A DNA stretch of 32,988 nucleotides from a virus (IMGVR_UViG_3300020045_008704:1-32988); one strand, 5' to 3'. Positions 7,096 through 16,840 are shown, numbered from the stretch's first letter. Numbers and translations are program-made. Notes: generated by a model from the sequence alone, not told the origin.

Positions 7096-8980
7096 ATACC
7101 ATTGAGTTTAGGCTTTGTAAAGTGGCACTGGCCATGTTTGAATAACCAGATGCTATTGCTTCCGTTTTCTTCAAGTCAAGCTCCGTATACCCCTGTTGTA
7201 GTCGATAGAAATTGGATAAAGATTCCACGCTACCTTTAAACGCCTCTATCCGCGCTTGGATAAAGGCAATATCTTTCTGCAAAGTCCCCTTGTAGACTTC
7301 CAGATTGGCTTCAACGTTAGTCTTGTATACATCCAACCCTAATCTCTTGATCTCTGCCTCAGATGTAAATTTCTGCAACGCGATTTCTGCCGTAGTTTTG
7401 TACGCATCAATTTGGGCGCTATATTGCGTAATTTTCGCCACATTCGTTTTTACATCGGCATCGAGTATCGTTTTTTGAACGTCAACCTGAAGTGTAATTG
7501 CCTTCAACTGCGCTTCGTAAATGCTCAATTTAGAAAGTTCCCCTTCCAGCTTAGCTTTATCTCCATCAATAGCCGCTCGATAAGCTTCAAAAGCCGCTAC
7601 GCGAGCCCTTACATTCGTCTCAAAAACTTGGGCCCTTACGGAATACTCTTTTATTTTTAACTCTTCTACTGCCGCGCGTCGGCTAATTGCCTCCGTTATC
7701 GCAGAGTATCGTTGAACTTCTAATTGCTGAAGTTCTATTTGAACTTTGGCCCCTTCAATTTGCTTCACTTCAACATCGGTTCGAAGCTTTAATGCCTCCA
7801 ATTCCAGTTTATACCCTTCTAAGCCGGATAAAGCCGCTTTTAATTTGACCTCATACTGTTCGTTCAGAGCTTTGATAACGGCTAACGTGAATTCGTGCCG
7901 TGATCGTTCATGTTCAAATAGCGTTATCAATTTATCCGCGAGTTCTTTCGATAGAACCGTAGATGCCTGGATCATTCCTAGCCCTGTCTGAGCATATTGG
8001 ACAGCAAGACTTCTGACTGCCTGCACCTGCGAAGATGCTAGATTTAACACAAATTGAAGGTGCTGAACTTCTATTTTACGCCGCTCTATATAGACTTCGG
8101 TGGCTTGTCCAGATAAAGCTTTAGCTCCTTCGATCCGAGCTTTATTTAAAGCGGAAGTTACGGCTCCCGGAGGAATTATGAACCCCCTTTTCTCACCGTT
8201 TTCAACAATGGCTCTTTCTGCGGCTTTATATTCCTCTTCGGTTCGTGCTCTAGCTCTTGAATAGAGCGCGGCCTCGAATTGGTCTGGTAGCACCCCGCCT
8301 TCCATCCCGCTCAATAATTTATCGTTAAGAGCGTCCCGCTGCGCATAATATTCAGGTGCAAATTTGGATACCCACCCATCGACTACATCATCGATAAAGG
8401 CTCGCATTTCAGGTAACGAAGCATCATATTTAGCTTTCATGTATGCGGCATAGTCTACAGGCGCCGGAATAGCTTCGGGAGCAGCTACGGCTTCATATTC
8501 AGGTAATTGTAACGCTGGTGGCGTAGCTAGAGTAATAGCCGTTATCTTGGGTATGTCAACGGAACGTAAAATAGGAACCGCAGTAGCAACCAGATCGTTG
8601 TATATCTCGTCTACCTTTAAATCCGGCGGCGCTTCATTCCAATCCGGCATAACGCTAGAGGGTAAGGTCGCTGTAAACAACCCCGCCGTATTTATTGTCG
8701 GCGCTACAGGAAGCGTAGGCGAAGCAATTGAGGGTAAATCTACCAGCGTAGGAACACCCGGCAAAGTCCCTGTTGGCGGGGTATAGGTCGGAAAAGGCGT
8801 GGTATCGGCAGGGACAGACGTATAACTCGCGCTAAATTCAGTAGCATCCACACCAATCGTAGAATATCCTATAGTCCCCCGTTTACCATCAATCTCTGAA
8901 ATAGCCTCGGAAGCCGCAGCCGCAAATTGATCCGATCTATCTACCGCTATTTGTACTAATTGATCTACTGTAACTGCCAT
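7076..8980 (-). CDS. Virion structural protein with Pro-rich N-terminus and long coiled coil (634 aa)
   Basis: Composition and position in the tail/ejection block. Confidence 0.65.
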   Translation of the reverse strand: MAVTVDQLVQIAVDRSDQFAAAASEAISEIDGKRGTIGYSTIGVDATEFSASYTSVPADTTPFPTYTPPTGTLPGVPTLVDLPSIASPTLPVAPTINTAGLFTATLPSSVMPDWNEAPPDLKVDEIYNDLVATAVPILRSVDIPKITAITLATPPALQLPEYEAVAAPEAIPAPVDYAAYMKAKYDASLPEMRAFIDDVVDGWVSKFAPEYYAQRDALNDKLLSGMEGGVLPDQFEAALYSRARARTEEEYKAAERAIVENGEKRGFIIPPGAVTSALNKARIEGAKALSGQATEVYIERRKIEVQHLQFVLNLASSQVQAVRSLAVQYAQTGLGMIQASTVLSKELADKLITLFEHERSRHEFTLAVIKALNEQYEVKLKAALSGLEGYKLELEALKLRTDVEVKQIEGAKVQIELQQLEVQRYSAITEAISRRAAVEELKIKEYSVRAQVFETNVRARVAAFEAYRAAIDGDKAKLEGELSKLSIYEAQLKAITLQVDVQKTILDADVKTNVAKITQYSAQIDAYKTTAEIALQKFTSEAEIKRLGLDVYKTNVEANLEVYKGTLQKDIAFIQARIEAFKGSVESLSNFYRLQQGYTELDLKKTEAIASGYSNMASATLQSLNSMVSIATSA

Positions 8981-8982
8981 TT

Positions 8983-10047
8983 TTATTTAACCCGCCGCTG
9001 TATTTGATCGGGTAAGTATTCTACCCCTTGTAGATATTTTATACCCTCGATCTTAAAAGCCCAATATCTGCCTTTGCTTCCTCTACCTAAATGTATTTTA
9101 CGCCCCGAGAATTGAGAATTCTGGCTAGTCTTATTAACCCCGTCTACAATGGGCGTTACTTTATAGGTATCATCGCCATTAACATAAAGATAAGGGACAT
9201 TTTTAGATTGGAACACTCCGAAATCTGTGTCTTTGGTTATTACAGTTCCTGTTACCGCTGAGGTTAAATCCGTAGTACCCCCCAGCAAATAAAGACCATC
9301 GGATTTAACACCGTAATATTCTTTTCCTATTTTAATTAGGTGCATAAATGGGTAATTAGTATACCGGCTGACTTCGGATGTTAATAGGTTCATGACTAGC
9401 GCTTCAGTATTTAGTGAAGCCGAAGCGAATTGGATAACCGCTCTAGTGGCGAACCCGTTGCCCGATACCACAGCATGGAATAACGTGCTTCCAAACCCTC
9501 TACCGGTAACAGTTATACTTGTCGGAGCATTTGAATAAGAATCTAAAGAAGCAAGAAATCCTCGCCCCGTTACAGTGATTAGCTCACTAGCCGTAACGAT
9601 AGACTCAACTGTAGATCGGAATCCCTGTCCTAATACAATAGCCCCGCCTAAAATAGTAGGGCTGGAAGCAAATCCGCGACCCGATACCGTACCGTTTGAA
9701 TTGGCTACATAATTAAATTCAAAAGCGGTTGAGAACCCTCTGCCGACAACATTGAATTCGTTGGATGCTTGTGTAAAACTGGATAGCGTGGTGGCAAAAG
9801 AATTCCCACTTATCGTAGCTCCGCCGTAGATACCCGGAGAAGTCGAGAAACCTCGACCCGTAACGGTATAATCAAAATTGGGTACTATCGTAATAACTGG
9901 GAATGGCGTAGAAAACCCACGACCGGAAACTGCCAGATCCGGTATATTCAGCGCCGAGGAAAATCCTCGCCCTGTCGCATTAATATAGGTTACGGAACTC
10001 GCAGACCCGTTTATCGTGCTCCCGTTTATAGCCCCACTATTGATCAT
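8983..10047 (-). CDS. Putative tail protein with about 10 (V/I/A)xGRGF-type repeats
   Basis: Repeats visible in translation; N-terminal INSGAINGSTING; C-terminal globular part (VMNL...SRYTNYPF...GRGSKGRYW). Confidence 0.65.
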   Translation of the reverse strand: MINSGAINGSTINGSASSVTYINATGRGFSSALNIPDLAVSGRGFSTPFPVITIVPNFDYTVTGRGFSTSPGIYGGATISGNSFATTLSSFTQASNEFNVVGRGFSTAFEFNYVANSNGTVSGRGFASSPTILGGAIVLGQGFRSTVESIVTASELITVTGRGFLASLDSYSNAPTSITVTGRGFGSTLFHAVVSGNGFATRAVIQFASASLNTEALVMNLLTSEVSRYTNYPFMHLIKIGKEYYGVKSDGLYLLGGTTDLTSAVTGTVITKDTDFGVFQSKNVPYLYVNGDDTYKVTPIVDGVNKTSQNSQFSGRKIHLGRGSKGRYWAFKIEGIKYLQGVEYLPDQIQRRVK

Positions 10048-10050
10048 GTT

Positions 10051-11550
10051 TTACAACCAGTGCTTAGCGTAAAAACCTTTAAAATAAACTTGTCCCAACA
10101 TCGTAGTACCTGTAGCTAACGTGTCTACGTTAATAACTAAACTATCAACAGCTTCAGTAGATAATACTTGCCAACGCTGAACTTTATTAGCGGCTGTTAA
10201 CCCCGTTGTTTGAGTACTGGCTAAAAATTGGGTAGTTGCTCCCGTCTTGCCAAATGACACAAAGGGTTGTGCTGTAATTGATGTATACTCAAAAATGACG
10301 ATACCTATTTCTTCTACAATGAAATTATTAGGTAGCGACAACGTATATCCTACTAGCGGTACAGCTTTCCAGATACCTGCGGTGCCATCAGATACTCCAT
10401 CGAAAGGGCCGCTTTGTGAAGTAGGCCATATCGGTTCACTAGACCCCGTTGATCCTGGAGTATACGAAACAGTCTTGGAAAATAAATCGTACTTGGGGTC
10501 TTCCAGGTAATACATAAAAGCGTTAGGGACAGTGGGTTTTACCACGCGCCCGTGAGATTTGGAAGTCGAAGCAGCCCAGGTAGCCCCGCCAGTAAAATCA
10601 ATAGGTTTAGACCATATAACGCCGACTAGATTAGTATCAATAACCCCCGTTGCAAAATTGACAGAGTTGTTGATAAACAAATCATTCAACTGCGCCGGAA
10701 CCGGTTTCGCTGGAACTATCCCGGTAAATAACCCGTTAGAGTGATTAGCCTTCGAAAAAGGGCCAATTGAGACTGAAGAGCTCGCCGTACAAAGCGCAAA
10801 CGTACCCAAGCTTATAGACTCATGCTGCATTGTTTGAGCACCGCTGCCTATGGCAACAGAACGATTCCCCAATGTTAATGTTCGTAAGGGTATGCTCGCG
10901 CTTTCCACGCCGCTAATAGCAATAGAACCTTTGCCAAAAGCATCGCAGTATTTACCTATCTTAGTCCCGTAATTCGTAGCTTGATGGATAGGATTGACCG
11001 CCACGGATGTAAATAAAGCAGTTCCATCGGTACTTAAATTCATATTGCTGACAGAAGGCACAGTACCGCTTCGAGTTCCAGCGCGAATATAAATGAAAGC
11101 CTGCGCTTCCGAAGAATTTCGAATAGTAACATCCCCTACCGCAGCTGCCGAAGATGCCGTCCAATAAGTGTTGGTTTCCTTTCCGGACTCTATACCAGTC
11201 TCTATATCACTAACACCCCCGTAAGCCGCGAAGTCTTTAACTGGAGTCTGCGCGAACTGATTCAGCATTTCTTTGGTTATGCGTAACTCGACGACAGCAG
11301 AAACATTCCATGTCTGTGTTGTCGTACCTTCAAGTCCACGCACTAACGTATACGTAGTTGGCCCCCCTGTAACAGAAACGATCTCTATATTTATGCCGTC
11401 GGTTAACGTCATCGTATACTGAGTACCTGCCGGGATCGTAGTCGGGGATATGGGATTTACGCTGAACAGCGTAGCCGCCATCGATGTATTACCCGCCGTC
11501 AACGTTCCTGTCAGCGTCGTCGATTTATTATTTTGGAATACATTAAGCAT
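10051..11550 (-). CDS. Tail fibre / receptor-binding protein
   Basis: N-terminal NN..TTL...EIV.VT...RGLEGTT...W....VELRIT anchor-type domain; YadA-head-like repeats (SIAISG, SVAIGSGA, SISLG, SVSIG); W.AST...EPIWPT module. Confidence 0.7.
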   Translation of the reverse strand: MLNVFQNNKSTTLTGTLTAGNTSMAATLFSVNPISPTTIPAGTQYTMTLTDGINIEIVSVTGGPTTYTLVRGLEGTTTQTWNVSAVVELRITKEMLNQFAQTPVKDFAAYGGVSDIETGIESGKETNTYWTASSAAAVGDVTIRNSSEAQAFIYIRAGTRSGTVPSVSNMNLSTDGTALFTSVAVNPIHQATNYGTKIGKYCDAFGKGSIAISGVESASIPLRTLTLGNRSVAIGSGAQTMQHESISLGTFALCTASSSVSIGPFSKANHSNGLFTGIVPAKPVPAQLNDLFINNSVNFATGVIDTNLVGVIWSKPIDFTGGATWAASTSKSHGRVVKPTVPNAFMYYLEDPKYDLFSKTVSYTPGSTGSSEPIWPTSQSGPFDGVSDGTAGIWKAVPLVGYTLSLPNNFIVEEIGIVIFEYTSITAQPFVSFGKTGATTQFLASTQTTGLTAANKVQRWQVLSTEAVDSLVINVDTLATGTTMLGQVYFKGFYAKHWL

Positions 11551-11577
11551 GAAGCCGCACCCCTTTGGGTTTTAAAA

Positions 11578-12054
11578 TTAGGAGATATTGGTAACAGGGA
11601 TATTGAAGCTTTGGATAACGCCCGTTTCGCCGATGGCGTAGGTCACTTTAGACATTTGAGCATCCCCCGATGTCACGCCTACTGAAAAATCGATACGTGG
11701 CAACGTAGTAGACACCCCTCCCGCATCCGCTGGGTTTCCTATAAATCGGCCCCACCCGATAGTTCCGGCTACGGAACATACAAACTTCCACTCTTCAGCG
11801 GAAGCTTTATCAAGAGACGCCGCTCCCCCAGTTCCGTCAACCACGGCTCCGAACTCCAGGCCATTAGTCGGCGATCCTGCGGCCCAAGCGCCGCCCGCTA
11901 AAGTGGCTCGCCCCAAAAATGTTCCAGTAGGAGCTGCATCAGGGCTTGCTGGTTGAGCCCCCGAATAAAAATCGATCACCCCATCAGCTAAAGCCGTTTT
12001 TACAGCTATGTTAAGGAAATCGTGGAAAATTTTGGTACTGTATCGAAAGGCCAT
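11578..12054 (-). CDS. Phage tail-associated structural protein (158 aa)
   Basis: I.FYSGAQPASPDAAPTG...GTIGWGRF...RIDFSVG pattern typical of small phage tail proteins. Confidence 0.65.
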   Translation of the reverse strand: MAFRYSTKIFHDFLNIAVKTALADGVIDFYSGAQPASPDAAPTGTFLGRATLAGGAWAAGSPTNGLEFGAVVDGTGGAASLDKASAEEWKFVCSVAGTIGWGRFIGNPADAGGVSTTLPRIDFSVGVTSGDAQMSKVTYAIGETGVIQSFNIPVTNIS

Positions 12055-12086
12055 TAACTTACTCCGGTAAATTGTTGTAAAATCTG

Positions 12087-13184
12087 CTAAAACTTATTAA
12101 ATGCCTCGCCTCCGGCATCGTGTAGGGCAACAAATCGTTGTACCCCGTTATTGTACACCATAGCCGTAGAACAATTAGCCCCCATTGGTAAGGAAACATT
12201 AGCTTCTGTTAAGGGTGTAAACGGGAAAGCGCGGCATATTCCCCGAACAGTATATATCAATAGGGCGCCCGTCGGTAGTTTAACTATAGGTCTTCCAGGA
12301 ATGACGCCGTAATTAGCGAGTTTAGCTAAAATACCATCTGGAGTGTAGGCGTAAATCTCTTTAGCCGTCCCTATAACCATCCCTTGTTCAACTGCCCGAA
12401 GAACCTCTATCTTTCCAGGTATTACTATGTAATCCGTATCGTAGTTAAACAAATGATAGTGATGGGGCTTACTGAACCAGACCACCGAATGATCTCCTAA
12501 ATCTTCACTTACCCACAACTTTGATTCAAAAAATTCTATTTTATCTGCGTTGTCCGGAATCGGGCCTGAATTTATATTGGGCGGCGCTAACTGATTTCCA
12601 TATTTAATATCATAGAAAACTTCACCGCCCGCCTCCGTCATGTATATGTTAGTTGTATACCCTGTTAATTCTTGAGGAGTAATGAGTATTTCTCCAGGGG
12701 ATAGCAGTTCTACTGTCGTCACCAAAGAAGCTCCCCCTTCTAACCCGTCGGAATTCGAGTAGGTGTACACAACGCTGTATCTACCAATAGGCTTAGTTCC
12801 GCCGGTAATAACAATGTCAGGGCTACTAACAGGTGTTGGAATCTTCAGGTGCGCTACTGTTTCTTGAAAAACTGAGAGCCCGTCATTAGTAAACAACGTC
12901 CGGGAAAAATCACAAAACTCCGTCGCAGTAGAAGCCGCAATCTGTGTCAGCCCTAAATCTTCTCGAACGCGATACAGAATCCCATTGGAAATAATGTATG
13001 ACTCGTCATCTAAAGTCGTATAGGCTGTCGTAATTGGCATGGGCAACACTGATTGATATCCTAATCTTGCTACCAGCCCCCCAGCGTTATTAATATCCAC
13101 GTTAATAGCCTCTTGCAAAGCATTGCCCGGTATGTCTCGGGGGGATACCGTATTATAAATGCCTTTAAAAGAATCTATTATCAT
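12087..13184 (-). CDS. Putative tail tubular/nozzle-like protein (365 aa)
   Basis: FKGIYN...LQEAINVDINN.G...R.G N-terminus; beta-propeller-like segments (VWFSKP, GMVIGT). Confidence 0.55.
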   Translation of the reverse strand: MIIDSFKGIYNTVSPRDIPGNALQEAINVDINNAGGLVARLGYQSVLPMPITTAYTTLDDESYIISNGILYRVREDLGLTQIAASTATEFCDFSRTLFTNDGLSVFQETVAHLKIPTPVSSPDIVITGGTKPIGRYSVVYTYSNSDGLEGGASLVTTVELLSPGEILITPQELTGYTTNIYMTEAGGEVFYDIKYGNQLAPPNINSGPIPDNADKIEFFESKLWVSEDLGDHSVVWFSKPHHYHLFNYDTDYIVIPGKIEVLRAVEQGMVIGTAKEIYAYTPDGILAKLANYGVIPGRPIVKLPTGALLIYTVRGICRAFPFTPLTEANVSLPMGANCSTAMVYNNGVQRFVALHDAGGEAFNKF

Positions 13185-13685
13185 CTAGCGTTCCGCTACT
13201 TTAAACTGTAACGTGATATCATTTTCTTCCCCATTACTTTTTACGATATGATTAGTTATGCTAAAAACAGTGACTCCTGCGGGGACAGCAGATATCATAG
13301 TCTGTGTAGTATTAGCTGTGTTGGAGGAATTTGTGAGCGTTACGCTATCCGTAGCTGTAAAATTAGACGTAACAATAGATTCAGTTGGCGGGAGTAAATT
13401 ATAAGCCACCGCTTCCCAAGTTACGCCGTCGGTAACAGTTTCTCCTACTGTAGTAGGCCAAATAGGTTCAACCGCTCCGGATAGACCTGGGCTTATAGCT
13501 TTAAAGTAAAGCCCCTTAAAATTCGTAGGTACGACTACATCATAATCATCGACAGCTCTGACATAATACACCGTATTTGCTGCCCAAACATCTGGTCGAT
13601 ATATGATTCCCACAAGGCGTTTGTTATCCCTGTCGTGAAATCCCGGAATTTTAAAAGGGCCTTTCGCAGTAGCACTATATATCAT
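13185..13685 (-). CDS. Tail-associated protein with W.A.T.Y...EPIWPT...DG..W module
   Basis: Start moved from 13712 to the ATG at 13685 (MIYSA), downstream of AG-rich sequence; start is tentative; abuts the next gene. Confidence 0.6.
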   Translation of the reverse strand: MIYSATAKGPFKIPGFHDRDNKRLVGIIYRPDVWAANTVYYVRAVDDYDVVVPTNFKGLYFKAISPGLSGAVEPIWPTTVGETVTDGVTWEAVAYNLLPPTESIVTSNFTATDSVTLTNSSNTANTTQTMISAVPAGVTVFSITNHIVKSNGEENDITLQFKVAER

Positions 13686-13732
13686 GAGAATTCTCAATGT
13701 CCTAAGTAGCAATAATAAGATATCTACGCTTC

Positions 13733-13741
13733 AGTATACCA
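13733..13741 (-). promoter_or_regulatory. Extended -10 promoter candidate TGgTATACT
   Basis: TGn-TATACT in the intergenic gap, oriented with the genes. Confidence 0.45.
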
Positions 13742-13746
13742 AAGAC

Positions 13747-15606
13747 TTACGCATCTTCACATATCACTGTATCAGATCGACTTTCTGCGAGGATTTTATG
13801 CCCCCTAGACTCCACGATAACCCATTGTACAGATTCCTTCCCTGCTAAAAGAGAAACTACACCTGCATATAAAGTTACTGGAGTTCCGTTCACTAAAACG
13901 GAAATAGCGGTCAGCGTACTTCCTGTTAGACCTGTTATCGCAGTTCCTTCTAAAGCGGGCGCTAAAGCCGCTTGTAACGCCCCTAAATCTAAAGCCGAGA
14001 AAGAACCTGAAAGACTGTTTGCTATCGCCGAGGTTATTATCCCTTGCACAGCGGATAAAGCACTTCCCGTCAAGGGTACTGTTACATCCGATGACGTTAT
14101 TGTTATTGTACCTTGTGCAGAAGTTAATAATGCTCCTGATAACGCGGTACTAGTCGCTGCAAGGATAGCGTCACTGAAGCTGGACAGGATAGCTCCGGTA
14201 AGCGCTTTAGCGATATTTACACCTAATGACCCCGGGGATAATATCTCCTCTAAACCGACTAAAGCGACTACCGATGAAGATATCGGCGTTAAAACGCCTG
14301 TATTCGTTGTAACCGCGCTTCCGGACAACTGTACAAAAGTACCCGTAGTAGCTGTTACCGTTCCTGTTTGGCCCGCAGCGGCAGCCCCCAATAAAAAGGC
14401 AGCAGAGTCTACCGTCAAAAGACCCTCGGCAGAAGCTAAAGAAACTCCAATCAGAGTTGGGTTACTAGCTGGCTGAATATCCCCAGTACTTCCGGCAGCG
14501 GCTATCCCCGTGATAGCAATTCCAACGAGGGGTGTTACTGCTCCTGTAGAAAAGGTAGCGGCCGCCCCTGTCAAAGCCGCTGATATGCCAGAATCTGTCG
14601 AAGCGGTTACTGTACCCGCAGAAAAAGTTGATGCTGCGCCGGTTAGAGAAATCTCCGCCGAAGCGGTTACTGTACCCGCAGAAAAAGTTGATGCTGCGCC
14701 GGTTAGAGAAATCTCCGCCGAAGCGGTTACTGTACTCGCAGAAAGAGTTGATGCTGCGCCGGTTAGAGAAATCTCCGCCGAAGTGGTTACTGTACCCGCA
14801 GAAAGAGTTGATGCTGCGCCGGTTAATGCGCTCCCGCCCGCCGCCGCATTAGCGAAAAAATGAGGGCTAATGTCGTTTTGTTCATATAATTGCCACGGGT
14901 TGATTGACAGCGCCTTAAACATAGCCTCAGGCATGAGCTTTGTTCCGCGCGCCACCATGCCAACAATTTCTGAGCCTATTACAGGACTGGCACCACGAAC
15001 AATCGCACCTATGGATTCATGAACAAACGTCGCTGTAAAAGTCGTATCCGCAGAGCCTGTTAGGTCGGTCGTGTATTTTTCGCCATTGACATAAATGTAC
15101 GCGTCCGCTTTGAGATTGGACGGAAATACAGCAACCACGGTAACGGGACGGTTAGCTGTTCCTGCAATAGCTGTTTTTGTAATAGCAGCGCCCGAATTAG
15201 CGCCGCGTAAAGTCGCTGATATTTTGTTATCGGTGTTATTGCCTGATGATATGGTGACATAGGCTCCTGCCGATGCTGCGCTACTGCCCATTGCATAAAC
15301 GGGCTTTGAATTGCCGTTAATAACGCTCGGTACAAAATGAGCCATCATCCATAACGGCTGCGCGGCATAACTTATAGTTCGATCGTAATAGCCAGTTGTG
15401 CCGTTACTCTTGATCCCCAGTATATTGATAAACCGTCGATCTACAGTTCCTGTTTTTGTATAGGGGGTATGTATCTTGTCTGCTTTATCATTTGCGTTTT
15501 CTGGAAATAGCGTTAATACCCGTGTGCTATCAACGTACGGGTAGAACGTTTTTGATAGCCGAACCGGATCGTTCGGCTGGGATAACATAACCTTATGTTT
15601 ATGCAT
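13747..15606 (-). CDS. Tail/whisker protein: lectin(LamG)-like N-terminal domain plus an Ala/Gly/Ser/Thr-rich LTG..A....G repeat stalk (619 aa)
   Basis: IYVNGEK...IGA...ALSINPWQLY resembles a LamG-like C-terminus; many imperfect 20-aa repeats follow. Confidence 0.6.
   Translation of the reverse strand: MHKHKVMLSQPNDPVRLSKTFYPYVDSTRVLTLFPENANDKADKIHTPYTKTGTVDRRFINILGIKSNGTTGYYDRTISYAAQPLWMMAHFVPSVINGNSKPVYAMGSSAASAGAYVTISSGNNTDNKISATLRGANSGAAITKTAIAGTANRPVTVVAVFPSNLKADAYIYVNGEKYTTDLTGSADTTFTATFVHESIGAIVRGASPVIGSEIVGMVARGTKLMPEAMFKALSINPWQLYEQNDISPHFFANAAAGGSALTGAASTLSAGTVTTSAEISLTGAASTLSASTVTASAEISLTGAASTFSAGTVTASAEISLTGAASTFSAGTVTASTDSGISAALTGAAATFSTGAVTPLVGIAITGIAAAGSTGDIQPASNPTLIGVSLASAEGLLTVDSAAFLLGAAAAGQTGTVTATTGTFVQLSGSAVTTNTGVLTPISSSVVALVGLEEILSPGSLGVNIAKALTGAILSSFSDAILAATSTALSGALLTSAQGTITITSSDVTVPLTGSALSAVQGIITSAIANSLSGSFSALDLGALQAALAPALEGTAITGLTGSTLTAISVLVNGTPVTLYAGVVSLLAGKESVQWVIVESRGHKILAESRSDTVICEDA
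14599..14825. repeat. In-frame 60-bp tandem repeat, about 3.8 copies (EISLTGAASTFSAGTVTASA)
   Basis: Near-identical consecutive 60-nt units with a few substitutions. Confidence 0.95.
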
Positions 15607-16075
15607 CGGTATAAATCAGTGTCCACGGTCTCCATGCAACGGTATTGCCTGATGCAGCTAATGCTATATTGCCTCGATTCCTGAACGCGAATTTATATTT
15701 ACCACTAGGCAATTCAACACCTCTAAGAGTCATGCGCTGTGCCGCTGTAGCGCCAGTGGTAGATACAAATCCGACAAAATATAAATCATTCTCTTGTTCG
15801 TCGGTTGCTACGTTGCCCGTCCAGTTGGGATAGTTTGTACCATCAACAGTGGGGATCAAAAACGCTTCAATGCCTGAATCTGTGCCAGTAAATGCGGCCG
15901 ATGCCAATACAAAGTGCAGGTCAACAAATCGGTATTTATTCGTTGAATTGTCTATCTCGTCCGAAAGGTCTGTAAATTCATTATCGACTGCTGAATTAAG
16001 CGCTTGTCCTGCTGCCCATGTAATAGCGGTTTCAGTTGCTAGATAGCCGGAGAGTTTTTCAGTGAAAGTAGCCAT
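15599..16075 (-). CDS. Hypothetical phage protein, beta-rich (158 aa)
   Basis: Overlaps the next gene by 8 bp and starts 1 bp after the upstream stop; IDNSTNKY...L.PTVDGTNYP pattern. Confidence 0.7.
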   Translation of the reverse strand: MATFTEKLSGYLATETAITWAAGQALNSAVDNEFTDLSDEIDNSTNKYRFVDLHFVLASAAFTGTDSGIEAFLIPTVDGTNYPNWTGNVATDEQENDLYFVGFVSTTGATAAQRMTLRGVELPSGKYKFAFRNRGNIALAASGNTVAWRPWTLIYTDA

Positions 16076-16076
16076 T

Positions 16077-16568
16077 TTATGGTGCCATTGCTAGAGTAAC
16101 ATCCTGTTCTGTAAACTGTAGGTTCACAAATGCAGTTGCTGGGTCTACGGTAGTTCCTGTTCCAGTAGCAAATAATTTTTCTATTCGCGACGCTTTTCGT
16201 TTGGACAGAGCTATAATAGCCGTCTGAACAGCTAGTTTCGCTGCTGTTCCTGACCACACGTCAGCTATACCTGCACGAATATTGGGTTTGGATGGGTCGC
16301 AGAACCCCTCATGAAGGATAAAGCTGCTCCATTCATCGCGCTTGCCCTGAGTTAACCCGTCAACCAAAGTAAAATTAAATCCAGGGTCAGCATAAATATC
16401 CATAGCCGCAAGGTTGGTTTTCCAGACAATAAAATCAGGAATTGCTGCCTGGTTATACCAATTGAAAATAGCAGGCGTTTGCCCGAAAGTTCGATAGCTG
16501 GCCAGTTCTGGGTCTGTTTCTGCTAAAAACGCCGCTTTAAATAGTACTGCCTGTTCTGTAGTTAACAT
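16077..16568 (-). CDS. Hypothetical phage protein (163 aa)
   Basis: AGGGGG RBS; WYN...FIVWKT...RKASRIEKLFATGTGT..DPA pattern. Confidence 0.7.
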   Translation of the reverse strand: MLTTEQAVLFKAAFLAETDPELASYRTFGQTPAIFNWYNQAAIPDFIVWKTNLAAMDIYADPGFNFTLVDGLTQGKRDEWSSFILHEGFCDPSKPNIRAGIADVWSGTAAKLAVQTAIIALSKRKASRIEKLFATGTGTTVDPATAFVNLQFTEQDVTLAMAP

Positions 16569-16770
16569 GATAGCCCCCCTGGGATTATGGTTACTGTATA
16601 AGATCTAACTAGGTTGCGGATTGTGGTTGCCAAATCATTGGTTTCATCAGTTACTCATAAAACTTCACTATTAACTGTGTCGGCAAAACGCATTGGGTAT
16701 CGCCACCACTAGAGTATCGGATGCTGCGTCTTGTTTACCAGAAATACTGCCCCATTAATCATAATCCATT

Positions 16771-16840
16771 GTTTACGCTAATCGAATAATACCCGTAGTC
16801 GCATCGTTTACGCTAACCGGATAAGACCCGTAGTTGCGTC
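16771..16840. repeat. 35-bp diverged tandem duplication of the 3' end of the 152-aa gene
   Basis: gtttacgctaatcgaataatacccgtagtcgcatc versus gtttacgctaaccggataagacccgtagttgcgtc; 30/35 identical. Confidence 0.9.

Noticed and set aside
7076-8980. Tape measure protein of a long-tailed phage
   Set aside because: No tail tube, sheath or tail-chaperone genes recognised, and no TM or Trp/Phe-periodic repeats; the gene set is podovirus-like.
14599-14825. CRISPR array or non-coding repeat (60-bp units)
   Set aside because: No unique spacers; encodes the 20-aa repeat of the 619-aa protein. The plus-strand ORFs here are shadows of the repeat.
16570-16770. Intact gene or ncRNA in the 200-bp gap
   Set aside because: No long ORF and no convincing stem structure; possibly a decayed gene remnant, but not demonstrable.
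16771-16840. Diversity-generating retroelement TR/VR pair
   Set aside because: Only 35 bp, mismatches are not adenine-specific but mostly synonymous, and there is no reverse transcriptase in the window.
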